Source: Catajapyx aquilonaris
Taxonomy: Eukaryota
NCBI GenBank assembly: GCA_000934665.2
Contig: JYFJ02002761.1
Location: forward strand, 1 to 51,614
Length of the DNA: 51,614 bases
Reading direction: 5' to 3'
In this document: positions 1 through 11,937 of the stretch, one piece after another
Layout of the letters: the number at the start of each line of letters is the position of its first letter
Position numbering within the stretch: position 1 is the first letter of the stretch
The notes under the pieces: model-generated
Seen by the model: the letters and a program-made list of their open reading frames with translations, nothing else
Told to the model about the DNA's origin: nothing
Databases searched by the model: none
Position numbers and translations under genes: made by a program

Positions 1-23
1 CTCCCCAGCACCACATGCAAGGC

Positions 24-600
24 TCATTGTGAGGCATTGGCCATTCATGGAGTCAGTATGTTGTCGACCATATGAGCCGAATTTGCAAAATTACGAAAAT
101 TAATTAATTAAGAATGTATATGATTAATATGAATCAATTAACCATTTAGCTGTGCTTCTGAGGAACTGCCATGCAAGCAGGTTAACTATATTAGTAACTG
201 CCACATGTAACTACAATAACTGTTACATGTATAGCTGTAACAAACTTGGTAACAACTGTTACAAATAACTATTACTACATGTTGCAAGCAACTATTATAG
301 TAACAACTGTATAATAGTAATTGTGAGGGATTGGCCATTCATGGAGTCATTGTTCTTGACCATATGAGCCGAATTTGCGAAAATCGCGAAAATCGGAAAA
401 CTTGCAAAAAATAATAATTAAAACGTATGAACTGGTATGAACCAATTGACCATTAGCCGTGCCTGAGTAACTGTTAAAAGTAACTATTACCATAGTAATC
501 GTTACAATAGTAGCTATAATATAACTGTTACATGAACCTGTAGTATGCCTAACTGTTACCAGTAACTACTGTATATGAGTAACTGATTAAATGAGCTGCT
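24..600. repeat. Two diverged tandem copies of a ~295-bp unit with internal GTAAC/GTTAC-rich sub-repeats (satellite- or TE-derived)
   Basis: ATTGTGAGG(C/G)ATTGGCCATTCATGGAGTCA...GACCATATGAGCCGAATTTGC starts at ~26 and again at ~320; similarity continues (AATCAATTAACCATTTAGC vs AACCAATTGACCATTAGC). Ends approximate. Confidence 0.75.
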
Positions 601-1140
601 TAGTGCAAAAAATTGCTTATCATAACCAGACACCTCTTTGGAGAATTGTGCGTGCAATAATTTGTGATTTTATAGGGCTTTAAAATTAGATTATTTTGGC
701 AGGGTTGCTGGGAGTCGTGGAGCCCTCTGGGGCCATGCACACTAGAGACCTCTGATGGCGTTTGGCTGAACTAGGTGGACTTTGAGCCTGGCCTGGATTC
801 TCCCTCGTGATGCGATTTACCTGATATGCTGTTACGTTGTAAGCGGAACATTATCGGCGGTTTCTTTTTAAAGATACAGTGCTAGTAAAAGCTGAGTCGG
901 TGATTAATATTTTGTACGGAAAAAAGTTTCCTTTGTGATACAGAAGCTGACAGTAGGTCGAGACTGATGTTGATAACTATAGCAATAAATAAAAAGACCG
1001 CGCAAACAGCGCACTACTAGGAATCGATAAGCCGTTATTGACCACCTGCAAAAAGATACGCAAACCTATTCCCACGCTAAGAGGCACCTGTTGAAAAATA
1101 AGAGCAAAAAACCAGAAATTCAATTAAATAACTCAGTTCA

Positions 1141-1308
1141 TTTATTACTGTACGAAATCAGTGCGGAAGACAAAAAAGTGCTATTTTGTACACCCTTATT
1201 GGCTTACCAAAAGCCATAACATCACAGTTTCCACTTGAAAAAAAAACCAACTCAAAAATAATGTTAACTCATATCACAGTGAGCCCTACGAGCAAAATAT
1301 GCATCACA
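1141..1308 (-). promoter_or_regulatory. 3'UTR of BFM gene 1: three K boxes, one GY box, poly(A) signal
   Basis: Minus strand: TGTGAT 1303-1308, CTGTGATA 1272-1279, CTGTGAT 1221-1227, GY box GTCTTCC 1165-1171, AATAAA 1141-1146. K and GY boxes are established miR-2-family and miR-7 seed matches in E(spl)-C/Brd 3'UTRs. Confidence 0.85.
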
Positions 1309-1517
1309 AAAAAAAAGATAACTATCTGAACTGTACAATGATTGTGCTGGCAATGATATGCAATTTTCTCGGAAAAGTAACACAAACTAAAATATATACC
1401 AGGGCTACACTGTACAATACAAAAATGAGATCTCGGAATGAGTCGTCTACACTTGACAAAATGCAGAATAAGGATACTTTTTTCAAAAATACACACGGGC
1501 AGAACACTAATGAATGT

Positions 1518-2037
1518 CTAATATGCGTAGAATTCATGGCAGGGCACGACTGTCCCCACAACCGACGCCTGTACTTCTGGTCGTTGACACGTGCTGACAG
1601 CCAGGGAGTCGTCCAAGTACAAATCCCTCTGGTCCGGACACGCTGTCCAGAAAGTGCCAAGATGTACCGGTATGGGTCTATGCTTCTGCTCCGCTTCATC
1701 CTGCCGATACAACCGAAGACACCCATCTTGATGCATACCGCAAGTAGAGTACGGTGCAGCCCACAAGTACCCAGTCAGTCTAGCCTCCAACGCCTCATTA
1801 GCCGCATTGTCATCAACCTCCGACGTATGGCACGACGATGCAACAGGACACTCGGCACCTTCAGGCTCCTGTCGCTTCTTGCGACGAAGAAGTGACAACA
1901 CAGGTCGTACAACCTATAAAGACACACAACAATCAAAACACATGTACTAAAGTATGAAACAAGAGCCTTAGGAGGCAGACGCTTACCTTCTTAATCTTAT
2001 GAACTTTGGCAGCCACGGCCTTCCTGCAAACCTCCAT
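1518..2037 (-). CDS. E(spl)malpha: Bearded-family member (E(spl)malpha-like Neuralized inhibitor), 148 aa; exons 2037-1987 and 1913-1518
   Basis: Spliced product MEVCRKAVAAKVHKIKK|VVRPVLSLLRRKK (basic amphipathic B domain), DDNAANEALEARL (NxxN motif), PIPVHLGTFWT (G motif). 73-nt intron gtaagc..tttatag, phase 0. Exact orthology to malpha is inferred. Confidence 0.9.
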
Positions 2038-2139
2038 TACAGCAAACCACGTGCGTTGAACGATGAGGACAAGAGGAGCGAACCGGTAGTTCTGAGTGTT
2101 GAACAAGGTCTGATGGAACCGGCCGGCCTCCCCGAAACC

Positions 2140-2262
2140 TTTTATAAGCATGGCTGCCGTGACGTCATGGGGTCACGCGTGACGTCTCGTGGCAGGTGTG
2201 TGCCAGACACGAGGCAAAACTCTCCCCAGCGTGGGAAAAAGGGTCCGGGCTACGTTCCCAGG
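2140..2262 (-). promoter_or_regulatory. Promoter of BFM gene 1
   Basis: TATAAAA (minus) 2140-2146; TGACGTCA 2160-2167; CACGCGTG 2174-2181; N boxes 2186-2191 and 2208-2213; GCAGGTG 2192-2198; Su(H) CGTGGGAA 2230-2237 facing TTCCCAGG 2255-2262 across 17 bp. Confidence 0.8.
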
Positions 2263-5242
2263 GAGTTCTTCGCAGCCATATGTCCAGCTGGCACACCTAA
2301 TAGCCCTACGAATTCCTTAGGACGGACGGGGGCGCTCAACATCTGCTTGCCCTTCGATTGTATGCCCTACCTTTTCGGATTAGAAAACCAAACCCCCCCC
2401 CCCCCNCCCCCCCCCCTCTAAGACTACCCACCCACCACCCTTGAGGTATCCCTCAACTTGCACCTGCAAATACCTTTGTGGGGGTCGATCCCTGGACTTC
2501 TTCCTAGAGATGTAAGGATTTTTATTCATGACAGGTTGGGGTGACTCAGAAACCTTTTTTTGATGGAAAATGGGCACTTTTTTTTGAGACTGGTTTTAAG
2601 GTAAAAATTGAAATGGGGCTGGTTTATATTGTTGCCTCCGGAGTGGTTTTGATGGAGGAAATGGGCATTATTAAGCTTGACGTTTTGACATGTGGTTGTG
2701 AAGACGATTTTATTTTATTAGTGCAAAATGCACGTTTTGCGCCTTGCTGCAAAAGTTCGTAAATATTAATCAGTGTAAATCAGGATTTGCAGGATTGCCT
2801 TAGCTGCCTCAACATGAAACAGCACCTGAAGTAGAAACTAATTTTAAAAAATTTGTAACACATAGCAGTGGTATAAGACAACATATTTAATTATTCAGTT
2901 TTGTTACTCAATAAATTTAATCGAGCAACAAAACTGAAAAAATGAATTTATGGTTGAGATATATTTTTCGATATACATGTTGTAATGTAGGTCCCTGTGT
3001 GTCAGGATGCAAAAGAAGGATTATAGCCGTTACAGTATAGCCATGTTCACCTAAAAATGGTACAAAACGTGCTATTCATATTTAAATTTATTTCTGGCTC
3101 AGACTTGCTCAGACTAAGGAAAATCCGATCCTAGCTTGTAACATGAGTTGTGCGGAGGAGCAACACTGTCCAGTGCAAATAGCAAAATGCGACGAGGCGA
3201 ACCCAAGCGACGCTTCGAATACGAATATGAGTTTCCATTTTCATGATAATAGAGAAGAAAAGAGGTGAGAAGTGGGAGCTCTGGAAAGGGATTAGAGGCT
3301 TCTAACCCTTTTCAATCTCCTTTCTCACCTTCGACCCCCACCCTTTCAGTAATCGGACACAAGCAAGAAGACATTCTTCGTCTTCTTCTTTTTTTTATGA
3401 TGCAGCCTCTTACTGGATCTTCTTGGCGTCGTCTTGGTTGTGGTCCAGCCCTCAGTCAGGGGGCAAACAGAACCGTCTTGGTCGGCTTTGTTCATACCTG
3501 GCAGCTGCAGCTCCTTCCTCATCATAAAAGGAGCCAGCAAGTTCTGTCTTGCCCACCGCTTTTCTTCTTCTTCTTTTTTTATACCTTCTTGGAGCCTAAC
3601 CGTCTTCTCCAAGAAAAGAGCTAAGGAGGAGCCTTATTCTGGCCTTGGATATTAGATACGCCTGCTTGTGCTTTTACAGGGAGAAATAAATCTGCTTCTA
3701 TTCAACCGATTCCATCAGAGGACCTACCTGTGGCAATTACTTTCTCGGATGAAACCGCTCCGGCAGAAAGGATTAGCGGGATTTGGTTTTTTTATTGGCC
3801 GTGAAATTCAGGCTCCTTCGAAATATCTGAACAAGCATATGCCTAGGTTGTCAGCATGGACCACGATTTATGTACAGTACATCGCAATGAAATGATCTTG
3901 AAGTGCTCTGCATTTGAACAGTAATTAGTAATTACGTAGTACATGGCAAATAATTTCTTTTCGGCTGCAGTGTAATATCTGAGGACGTCGTTTGATCATT
4001 AAAGTAACTCCATTTATTAGCGACTTGTGTATTTTTTTCAACATTTTATGCAGGATGTATGAAATGCCAATATTCTCAATGCGCATGGTTTCTCGTGTGT
4101 ATGTGTAAACGTAGTTGTCTTTTCAGTAATAGTACATTATAGCTGACTACCAAGCATTATAATCGTAAATTTATGTAATGTACTTATCGATGTAACGAGT
4201 TAATTTTTTTGTGATGACCTTATGGAAACGGTAAAATATTGCTCACACTGAGCAAGTCCCAAGAGTGTAGTGAAGCTGTGTATTTTATACCCAAACAATT
4301 AGTTAAATCATAAGAAGCAATTTCAACAGTTAGGAAAACACGTGTCGCTATATTGTTGTTGCGTAAATTATACACAACACTCATCCCTATACTTCGGCGA
4401 ATTCCTTCTTTAAATAGTTGGAAACTAAGAGCAGTTCCGGGGCAGTTTGTGACTTCAATTATTGCACATAGATTCAGGTGAATGTGTAGGATTATGTGAT
4501 TTTTATTCATGGGATACACTCCATTTCATAATAGCAGTGTACATATTTGTGATCATCACGAACCTTTTTCAATTTGTAGGTGTAACGTACATTTCGAGTC
4601 CCTCCCCCTCCCCCACTCAGTATTGAAATCCCTTAGAAAAGCAGCGTGTTTCAAGACATTTTCATGCCACAAAAGAGACCAGTGCAAGTTGAGACTCGCC
4701 AAGAAGGATAAAAAGGATCCTTATAGAGCTGCCCCCCTATTCTCCTGCTCCTTTGGTCTTCAATGGCTCCTTGTTGTATTCAGGACTTGAGACCCACCCC
4801 CGTCCTGAAAAGGCTATGTTCAAACCTGACCCACACGGTATGTTCCGCCATTAGAAGAAGAAGAGAAAAAAAAATCATTCTACGGAGTTTTCAGAGCATT
4901 ACGGTGTAATCCGTCTCCAGCTATTATTTAATTAGTGTTTTTTTTGCTATCTTACCAAGCAGGATTTTAGGCCCCTTTTTTGCCCACCCACACCTTGAAT
5001 TTTAAATTAAGTAGGGGCAGGTGTGAGCGGTGATCAGTGCTTTGCTCTCGGCTTTGCTTACCCTTGGTAATCCGAAAAAAATGCCAACGGGAGAGGTAGA
5101 GAAAAAAAACCTGCCTACGTTTTTATTAAGGACTACAGTAAGGTAATATAATCCTGTTCTGGATAAGGTGAGCGGAGAGCAGGTGAGAAGTGCTGCCGTG
5201 GCTAAAAATATAATTGACTAAGAGAAAGTGGTATTAACATGA

Positions 5243-5439
5243 TTTATTATTCATTAAAGCTTTCGTCTCGGTTATACAAAACATATTTTATATACAGTCA
5301 TTTCTATTTTTAAAAATCATATCCCAATATATTGGAAGAACCATATTTGTACATTGATTAGAAAATGATTGTTCAAAGTATCAAAATTAATATATTTTAC
5401 TGAAAGCACTGTAAATAAAATGTTAATTTTTTGGAAGAC
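5243..5439 (-). promoter_or_regulatory. 3'UTR of BFM gene 2: GY box, Brd box, poly(A) signal
   Basis: Minus strand: GTCTTCC 5433-5439, AGCTTTA 5255-5261, AATAAA 5243-5248. Confidence 0.75.
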
Positions 5440-5686
5440 AGGCGTTCCACATTTGCTTTAAAAAAAACACTGGAAAAAACTATACCCACAACTGATACGT
5501 AATATCTGGCGTAATTCTACAGGGACGGATATAAACCCGATCTAGCGACATATTGGCACATTTCATGATTGTTTACAGCTTTTGAGTTCATTGCATCACC
5601 ACTGGCACTATCCACTATTGTTCATTTATGTTGGGGAAAAAAATGCCACTAATGGAGAGAGTTCATGCAAACACTGTCCCTTTTGT

Positions 5687-6386
5687 CTACGATCTCTGCA
5701 CCATCTTGTGAGCAACAGCCAGGAGGGCATCAGGCGGTTGGAACTGCTCCTTTGGATTTGCGTGCCCGAAGACGTTCCAGTAAGCGCATGGTACCTTCTC
5801 GGAAGTGGTTTGATGATGCCCATTCGAAGACAAGTCTGCTCCAACCTCTGGTTCCTCCTCCTCCTCCTCCTCTTGTAGCTGTCTAGCCGGCGGGGAAAGC
5901 AAGCATATGCAGTAAGATTCTGGATCCTTCTCTTCCTCCTGGGCCTGGTGCTGCTTCTTATGTGGTGGACCCAAGTTCAAGGACGAGCTTTCCCTCAACA
6001 TCTGCCGCTTCCGTTCCAAAGCCTCGTTCAAACGGTTGTCCTTCACCAAAGATTCTTCCTCCTACACCAAAAATTGTGGCGTTAGATATTTGCTACTGTA
6101 CCACACTAGCTATGGCCAATATTTGCTATTGTATAACACCTACCTGTGCGACAGGAATCCGGCAGTCTTCCACATGGTGGTCCGCAAAGGCATACAGCTC
6201 CTCCAGTACCTTCCAGTACAAATTCAGATTGACCCGAGCGGTGCTGGTGACCTTTCTAGGCAGCATTGGCTTCACAACCTGAACCCAACAAAGAAGTGTT
6301 AACACACCACACTTACACACTGGTCAAATGTATCTTACCTTCTTCATGGTTCTAGACTTGAGGCAAACTTCCTTCCCAACGCACAT
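5687..6386 (-). CDS. Divergent Bearded-family protein, ~185 aa; exons 6386-6339, 6278-6144, 6061-5687
   Basis: MCVGKEVCLKSRTMKK|VVKPMLPRK...CRIPVAQ|EEESLVKDNRLNEALERKR. NxxNExLE motif; two phase-0 GT-AG introns (60 and 82 nt) give one continuous frame; first intron at the same KK|VV position as gene 1; TATA upstream, GY/Brd boxes downstream. G and D motifs not recognisable. Confidence 0.8.
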
Positions 6387-6486
6387 GGCTTTCCAGAAAG
6401 GAACACTGCTGGAGAGAGACTTCGGATGTGTTTAGCTGGTTGGAGCTCGGAAGGGAAAAAGCAGTGGGCAAAGGCCAGGGGGAAGC

Positions 6487-6763
6487 TTTTATACGCGTGC
6501 CCGGCGCGAGCCAGGTGTGTGCCCAACTCGTGCCTGGGCCTTTGGGGAGAGGGGGTTGGAGGGTGAGGGGAGTGGGGACCCTGGGTTTTTGGGGAGGGTT
6601 TGTGTTCCACGCCTGGAATTACTCTGGGGATGTTTCGGGGAAGAATGGGATAACTATGATGCACTTGCCTGATTGTTTTGTTGGGAGGACACATGCGGTT
6701 GTTGGACAAGGGCACGTGTGGGAAAATTGTGCGTGAGAACTGGGGTTAAAAGAGACACTCACG
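6487..6763 (-). promoter_or_regulatory. Promoter of BFM gene 2
   Basis: TATAAAA (minus) 6487-6493 abutting CACGCG 6494-6499; CAGGTG 6512-6517; N box 6527-6532; CACGTG 6713-6718; Su(H) sites TGTGGGAA 6717-6724 and CGTGAGAA 6732-6739. Confidence 0.78.
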
Positions 6764-9700
6764 AGTATGTGAGTCAATATATGGAATCATTTGCTTATCA
6801 GTGCCTTGTGAATGGAGCAGGTCAAGCACCTATTTTGATCCACTCTTGAATAGACATGATGGCTGTCATATGCTCAATGGGTTCAAAATGCTACAGGCTT
6901 AATTCAATTATATTTAATTGTTAAAATAATTGATGAGTGGAAATGGCAACTACTTCTGAAGTGCCATAATCGAGTTTATTTCAAATGAAATACCATCCAT
7001 CCGCACATGGGATCTATGTGATACCTTCAGTACCAATAGGGAATTTATTGTCACTTTGAACATAGGCAGGGCACATAGAGTTTAATTTTCTGTCACTTAC
7101 AGCCTTTGGGATTTTCCACTCTTCAATTTTGCCGAATTGGAGATTATTGAATGTATTATTCTATGAGATTATCAAAATTGTTACCGCATGGTGACATAAA
7201 TTGAGAAATTAAGCGACATACATATTACACAATTTTTGATCAAAAAAATACCTGATTGCACACCTTCAGCAGCTGGCCCCTGTTAAAATTCCGTCAGTAC
7301 ATAGCGATGCTGAACTAACAGACAGATGATGACTAGTGGCCCCCATAATAGCTCCCGGTATTTCTTAGCACGTGTTCTCTCCCACCAGCCATCAGATCGA
7401 AGTAGGCCATCTCTTGTAGCTGCCCATTTATTTTTCCTCCCATTTACCTGCGCTGACACAATCTTAGTGTCGCCTTGACTACAACCTTCACCATTTAATC
7501 CTGATATTCAGCTTGACCACCTGTGGCCAACTGCACTTCAGACTTCTAAATTTAGCGGCGGGGGATACAGTAATTGAGGCTGCTGCTGCCTCGATTATAT
7601 AAGGTGGGCCAGGAATGTAGCTAGCAAGCTGCCTTGTCTTTTTGCCTTTTGGAATGTGGTCTGATCCAGCAAGAAGAAGAAGTCAAAAAAAAATTGGAGG
7701 CAGCAGCTGGCCACCTGTTGTTGCCACTTCGCTTGGAGCCATCATCATCATCATCCCCAAAAGGAGCACGTGCTCTGGGAGGCTGCTGCTAATAACTAAA
7801 AGACTATTTTTTATACTCTACATGTGCCTGTCCCCCCTCATTTCATACCATTCTTCAGGTTTCGGGGATGGGAAAGGTTTTCGTGATCAAGGAGAAAAAA
7901 AATAGGGTGTGCCATAAAGGACTTTATTGCAGGCGGTATATATAGGTGGGGTGCGCATATAGTGCAGCTGCATGGCCTATTAGTGGTGGTCAATTCGGGT
8001 ATGTGCAAATGTTTGGCATGATCTGGGGGTGCTTTAAAAGGTGAGGAATTTCTAAGTGTGAGAGTCGCGAACAGAAGAGAGGAAGCTGAGATTTTTGGGG
8101 CTGGAGGGCCTTGTAGCACCTGTCTGATTAGAATGTGGGGTGGGGAAAAGGTGAGTGGGAGGGGTTTTGGATTGAAAATTTGGGCACGTGGAAAATTGAT
8201 TTTGCCAGGAGGAATTTCACAAGGTATGATTTCTGCCTAAAGTGTGTCACTCACCTTTCTCAAAAAAGGGGGTTCACTCTGTCCTTGATTGCTATTAATT
8301 CACTTTTTTGTCAGTCAAAATTATGGATGCTTGTAGAAGCATGAAGGATTAATTTGCATGAGTTTAAATAGGTGATACCATTGCTGAATACTGAATTTGA
8401 AATTTTGTTGAAAATGCATAGTTTTTATTCATAGCAGGGAATTTAATTTGGTTCCACAGGACAATGCAATGCAAAATGCCAGTAATAGCTCAAATAAGTG
8501 CAAGTAGGGAATATTTAAAAATTAATTTCTCTCTTCACTTCAGATACGGATTGGCAGCAGGCATCATGCATCAGAAGTTGAGAAAACTTCCTTTTGTGAC
8601 CAGACATGTGACAGTTCCACGATTTGTCACCATGAGAACCATGAGGTAGGCTTTGAAAGTGCCGCGTGTATCGCCCTGTAAAATCTGGGATTTTCCAGGT
8701 CATTCGACCCTTATGGCCCTTATCCCATAATTTAGGAAATTGTTTGAAATTTTTTAAATGAAACCGTTATGGGAGCTTCCATTCATATTCTGGGAAGGTT
8801 CGTGTTTTTACCCGCAAAATCCTTAGCCCACTTTTTGGATCAGGATTGCTTTTTTCCGTCCTCCGTGAGGGCTTTCGTGCACAGTCCGGTTTAGTAAAAT
8901 AGCTTTTAAAATAGCTCGAAAGTAAACAAAAAAAACCAGCTTGGGGATTATTAACCTTCATTAATAACAACCTTGCTGGTTAAATATATTCCCCGCACAT
9001 TACAGTTCACAACGGCTTCTAGGGTACTGGATCAAGCATGGTAATCCGACTTGTATTCTTTAGTATGCACGGTATGAAGATGTAGTACCTGTAACAGTAA
9101 TACGTCAAATGGTGTTGCTTCAATTGAAAATCCGGCGCACTAATTAATGCGTAATTTAGTACAGTACCGGTATATGAATACGTATGCGAGGTAACTGCAA
9201 TGAGATAATTCAAATTAAGTTTGAAATATATTGAAGGAAGCATTAAACGTAATAAAATTTGCAGACACATTTATTATTGCACTATTCCCCTTCAAAATAA
9301 TACTGATTTATTATAACAAAACATGTTATATCTTAATATTGTACATAAATGAGTACGTTTGTGGGTTTGTAGATTCGCTGAGACATCTGGAATATTATTG
9401 TTCTCCGTATATACTGGCAGCATGTGCCGGAGACCAGGAAACTGTCTCATGAGGCATTTTGAGGCATAAATTTTAAGGTTCTGCCTCTTTTGATAATCGA
9501 GATATATACGGGATCAAAAACGAGGCGCGTTCTTGTTCCCCACTCTATATACTCCACTGAAATACGTATAGTGCTGCTTCACTCCCTGGCAACAGTGATT
9601 CCAGTCCAAGTCCTCATTGAAGCCGTGTCAGATTGAATTCAAATTGGAAGCAGGCAAGGCATGTCAAGTGCCGTCTAACCCTCATACGAAAACTGTCTGC

Positions 9701-11342
9701 CTCTGTATAGGACCCATCATTGTCCAGATCCTTTTGACCCCATCTCGAAACCTCCAGTCTGAGTCATTCAGTTTTTTCCTCCCTCCATTTCATATATTTT
9801 TTCTTTCATTCTTCCTTTCTTGAAACCTGGACCAAAAAGGCCCCTGGGCACGAATTAATCCCCCAGGCCTCCAGAAAGAGGGTTTGAAGAATCGGGTATG
9901 GAGGGGACACACATGGAAACGACACCTCTTTGAATCCCCCTTTTTGGCCCCGGTCGGCCGCATGCTGAGCCCATCATCATCCTCCCTCATCTTTTCTTGC
10001 ATTGGTGGCGGGCTGCCAAAGGGACCAGGAACCCTCCCCATCACCCACCACCACCACCACCCGGGCCCATCCAGTCCTGGGGCCGCCCCCTCCCTTGTTG
10101 AACTGGCGTGGGAACCAGGAGCAGAGCAAGACCCAGAAACTCCCCCGACCCTTTTCACATGCTAAGCAGAGAGGCCCGGGATCAATTGGCAGGACTTTTG
10201 GGCAAGCAGCACCCCACGTGATGAGAGACTTAGCCAACACACAGGGTCTGCCTGGACCCCTTAAAGAAAACTTGCCCTCCCTTTCCATCCCCTTTTGGGA
10301 GAAGAAAACCACCAACCTCATCATTCATCTTCACGCTACGACGATTTGCTTAAAAACTACTTTTCCGGGAATCTTGACGCGCATGTGTTGGTGGAAGGGC
10401 ATAGCCTTCGTTGTCTGCAATTACTCATCTCTTCTCACATGATGGTGCTCTTGCCAAACACCGCACGTGCTTGTTGTTGCTGTTGGTTTTTTAAGTGTTC
10501 AAAGTCGTGATAGAGACTTGCGGGTGCGTTAAACCAGGCTGTAGACATGGACTAGAATATGAATCATTTCATGAGAATTAATTGAGCAAGTTGCAATCTT
10601 CATTATGCAATCTCGCCATTATGTGGTGTAGGCTACTTGTACATACAGCCGGTTTTTAAATCAAGAAAACAAATCCATGATTGTGTTGTATTATTGTGAA
10701 TGGATATGCATAGTCGGAGATTTTATGCATTTTTAGGTCAGATTGCGAAAATAGCAGTTATTACTTGATAGACATGAACAGTGCGATTGTACGAGGCAAG
10801 GGAGTAAACCGATAAAGGTACTCTTAATTATTGCCGTCATGATAATTATGAAATGTTATCTCAAATCAGCTGCTGGTAGCAATGTTATAAACACGCGATT
10901 GGTTCATTTGGTTGTATAAATATTCTAATCGAGGTATCGATTTGGCATTTGAAAACAGGGCAATTATGCTGATAGCGCGGTGTGTTGCTTTGTCCATCAA
11001 TGGGTGTGTCTAAAGTGTTGCCTTGATTTACCAAGAAGTATGGCATATTATCTACATTTGTGCCATGCTATTATGTTGCTTCATCTTCACCGCGTAACAG
11101 ATACAGTTTAGGCACATTTCACAAGCTTGGCTAAATGATTGGAATGCTCAGCTGGCCCTTTTTAATTATTTGTTATTGTACTGTTAGAGATATACAAGAT
11201 TGTGTTATATGTGACACCCTTTAGATATCATAATTACTGGTAAGTTATGTCAATTTCTGTGCTTTCCAGCTACTGCAGTAGACATGGGTTTTGATTGGCC
11301 GATGACGTCAACTTATAAGTTGAGTAGGGCCTACTCTATATA

Positions 11343-11408
11343 ACATCAAGTGTTCACAGACAAATTTAGCCTGTATGCAAGCTAAATTATTCTGTGAACA
11401 CTTGATGT
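11343..11408. other. 66-nt stem-loop (pre-miRNA-like hairpin or MITE relic)
   Basis: ACATCAAGTGTTCACAGA pairs perfectly with TCTGTGAACACTTGATGT (18 bp), then a 2x2 mismatch, AATTTAGC/GCTAAATT (8 bp) and a ~10-nt loop. Confidence 0.6.
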
Positions 11409-11916
11409 GATTGTGCCTTCTGTTCATTGTTGACTACCTCTTCTGAACAAGTACGGTATAAAGGAATTACTGCGTGTTCCTAAATAAGTGTAGCAAAATC
11501 TAAATGATTTTGTAGCTACAGTATTATTAAATCACTTTCGATTAATAGTCTATGCAATTTCTATTAACGCACGTGGAAAATAAACTTAAAAAATAATAAT
11601 GTCTCTTTAAAATTCGCGATTGAGTACGTAGCAAGACTGCAAGACGCCATCGTAATGCAATACTTTGTGTATGTAACTGTACACGGTCCAACAAAAAAAT
11701 TGGCGCGCTGCGAAGACGGTTATTCTTTTTTATGTCGTTGCGTGGATATTCAAGTCCGCGAGAAATGGTTTGTCAAGAGGCGGAGTGGAATAAGATCCCT
11801 GCAGCATGTAATGGGGAAGAAGACGAAAGAAAAAAAAAATACGAGTGAGGGAGTAGGGGGGGCATGGTGGGTAAGAAAGCAGGCTAGGCAGGCAGGCAAA
11901 AGGAAAAGACATCCAA

Positions 11917-11937
11917 CACCTGCCACACTTTCCCACG
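11917..11937. promoter_or_regulatory. E-box/Su(H) composite, copy 1
   Basis: CACCTGC-CACACT-TTCCCACG. Confidence 0.7.

Noticed and set aside
1299..1895. 198-aa + strand ORF
   Set aside because: Antisense shadow of BFM1 and its 3'UTR; no recognisable motif.
3346..3830. 88-aa Lys/Glu-rich minus ORF plus splice-like signals between the BFM genes (possible third BFM or lncRNA)
   Set aside because: No NxxN or G motif, non-ATG start, and the joins I tried all hit stops; a non-coding transcript cannot be excluded without RNA data.
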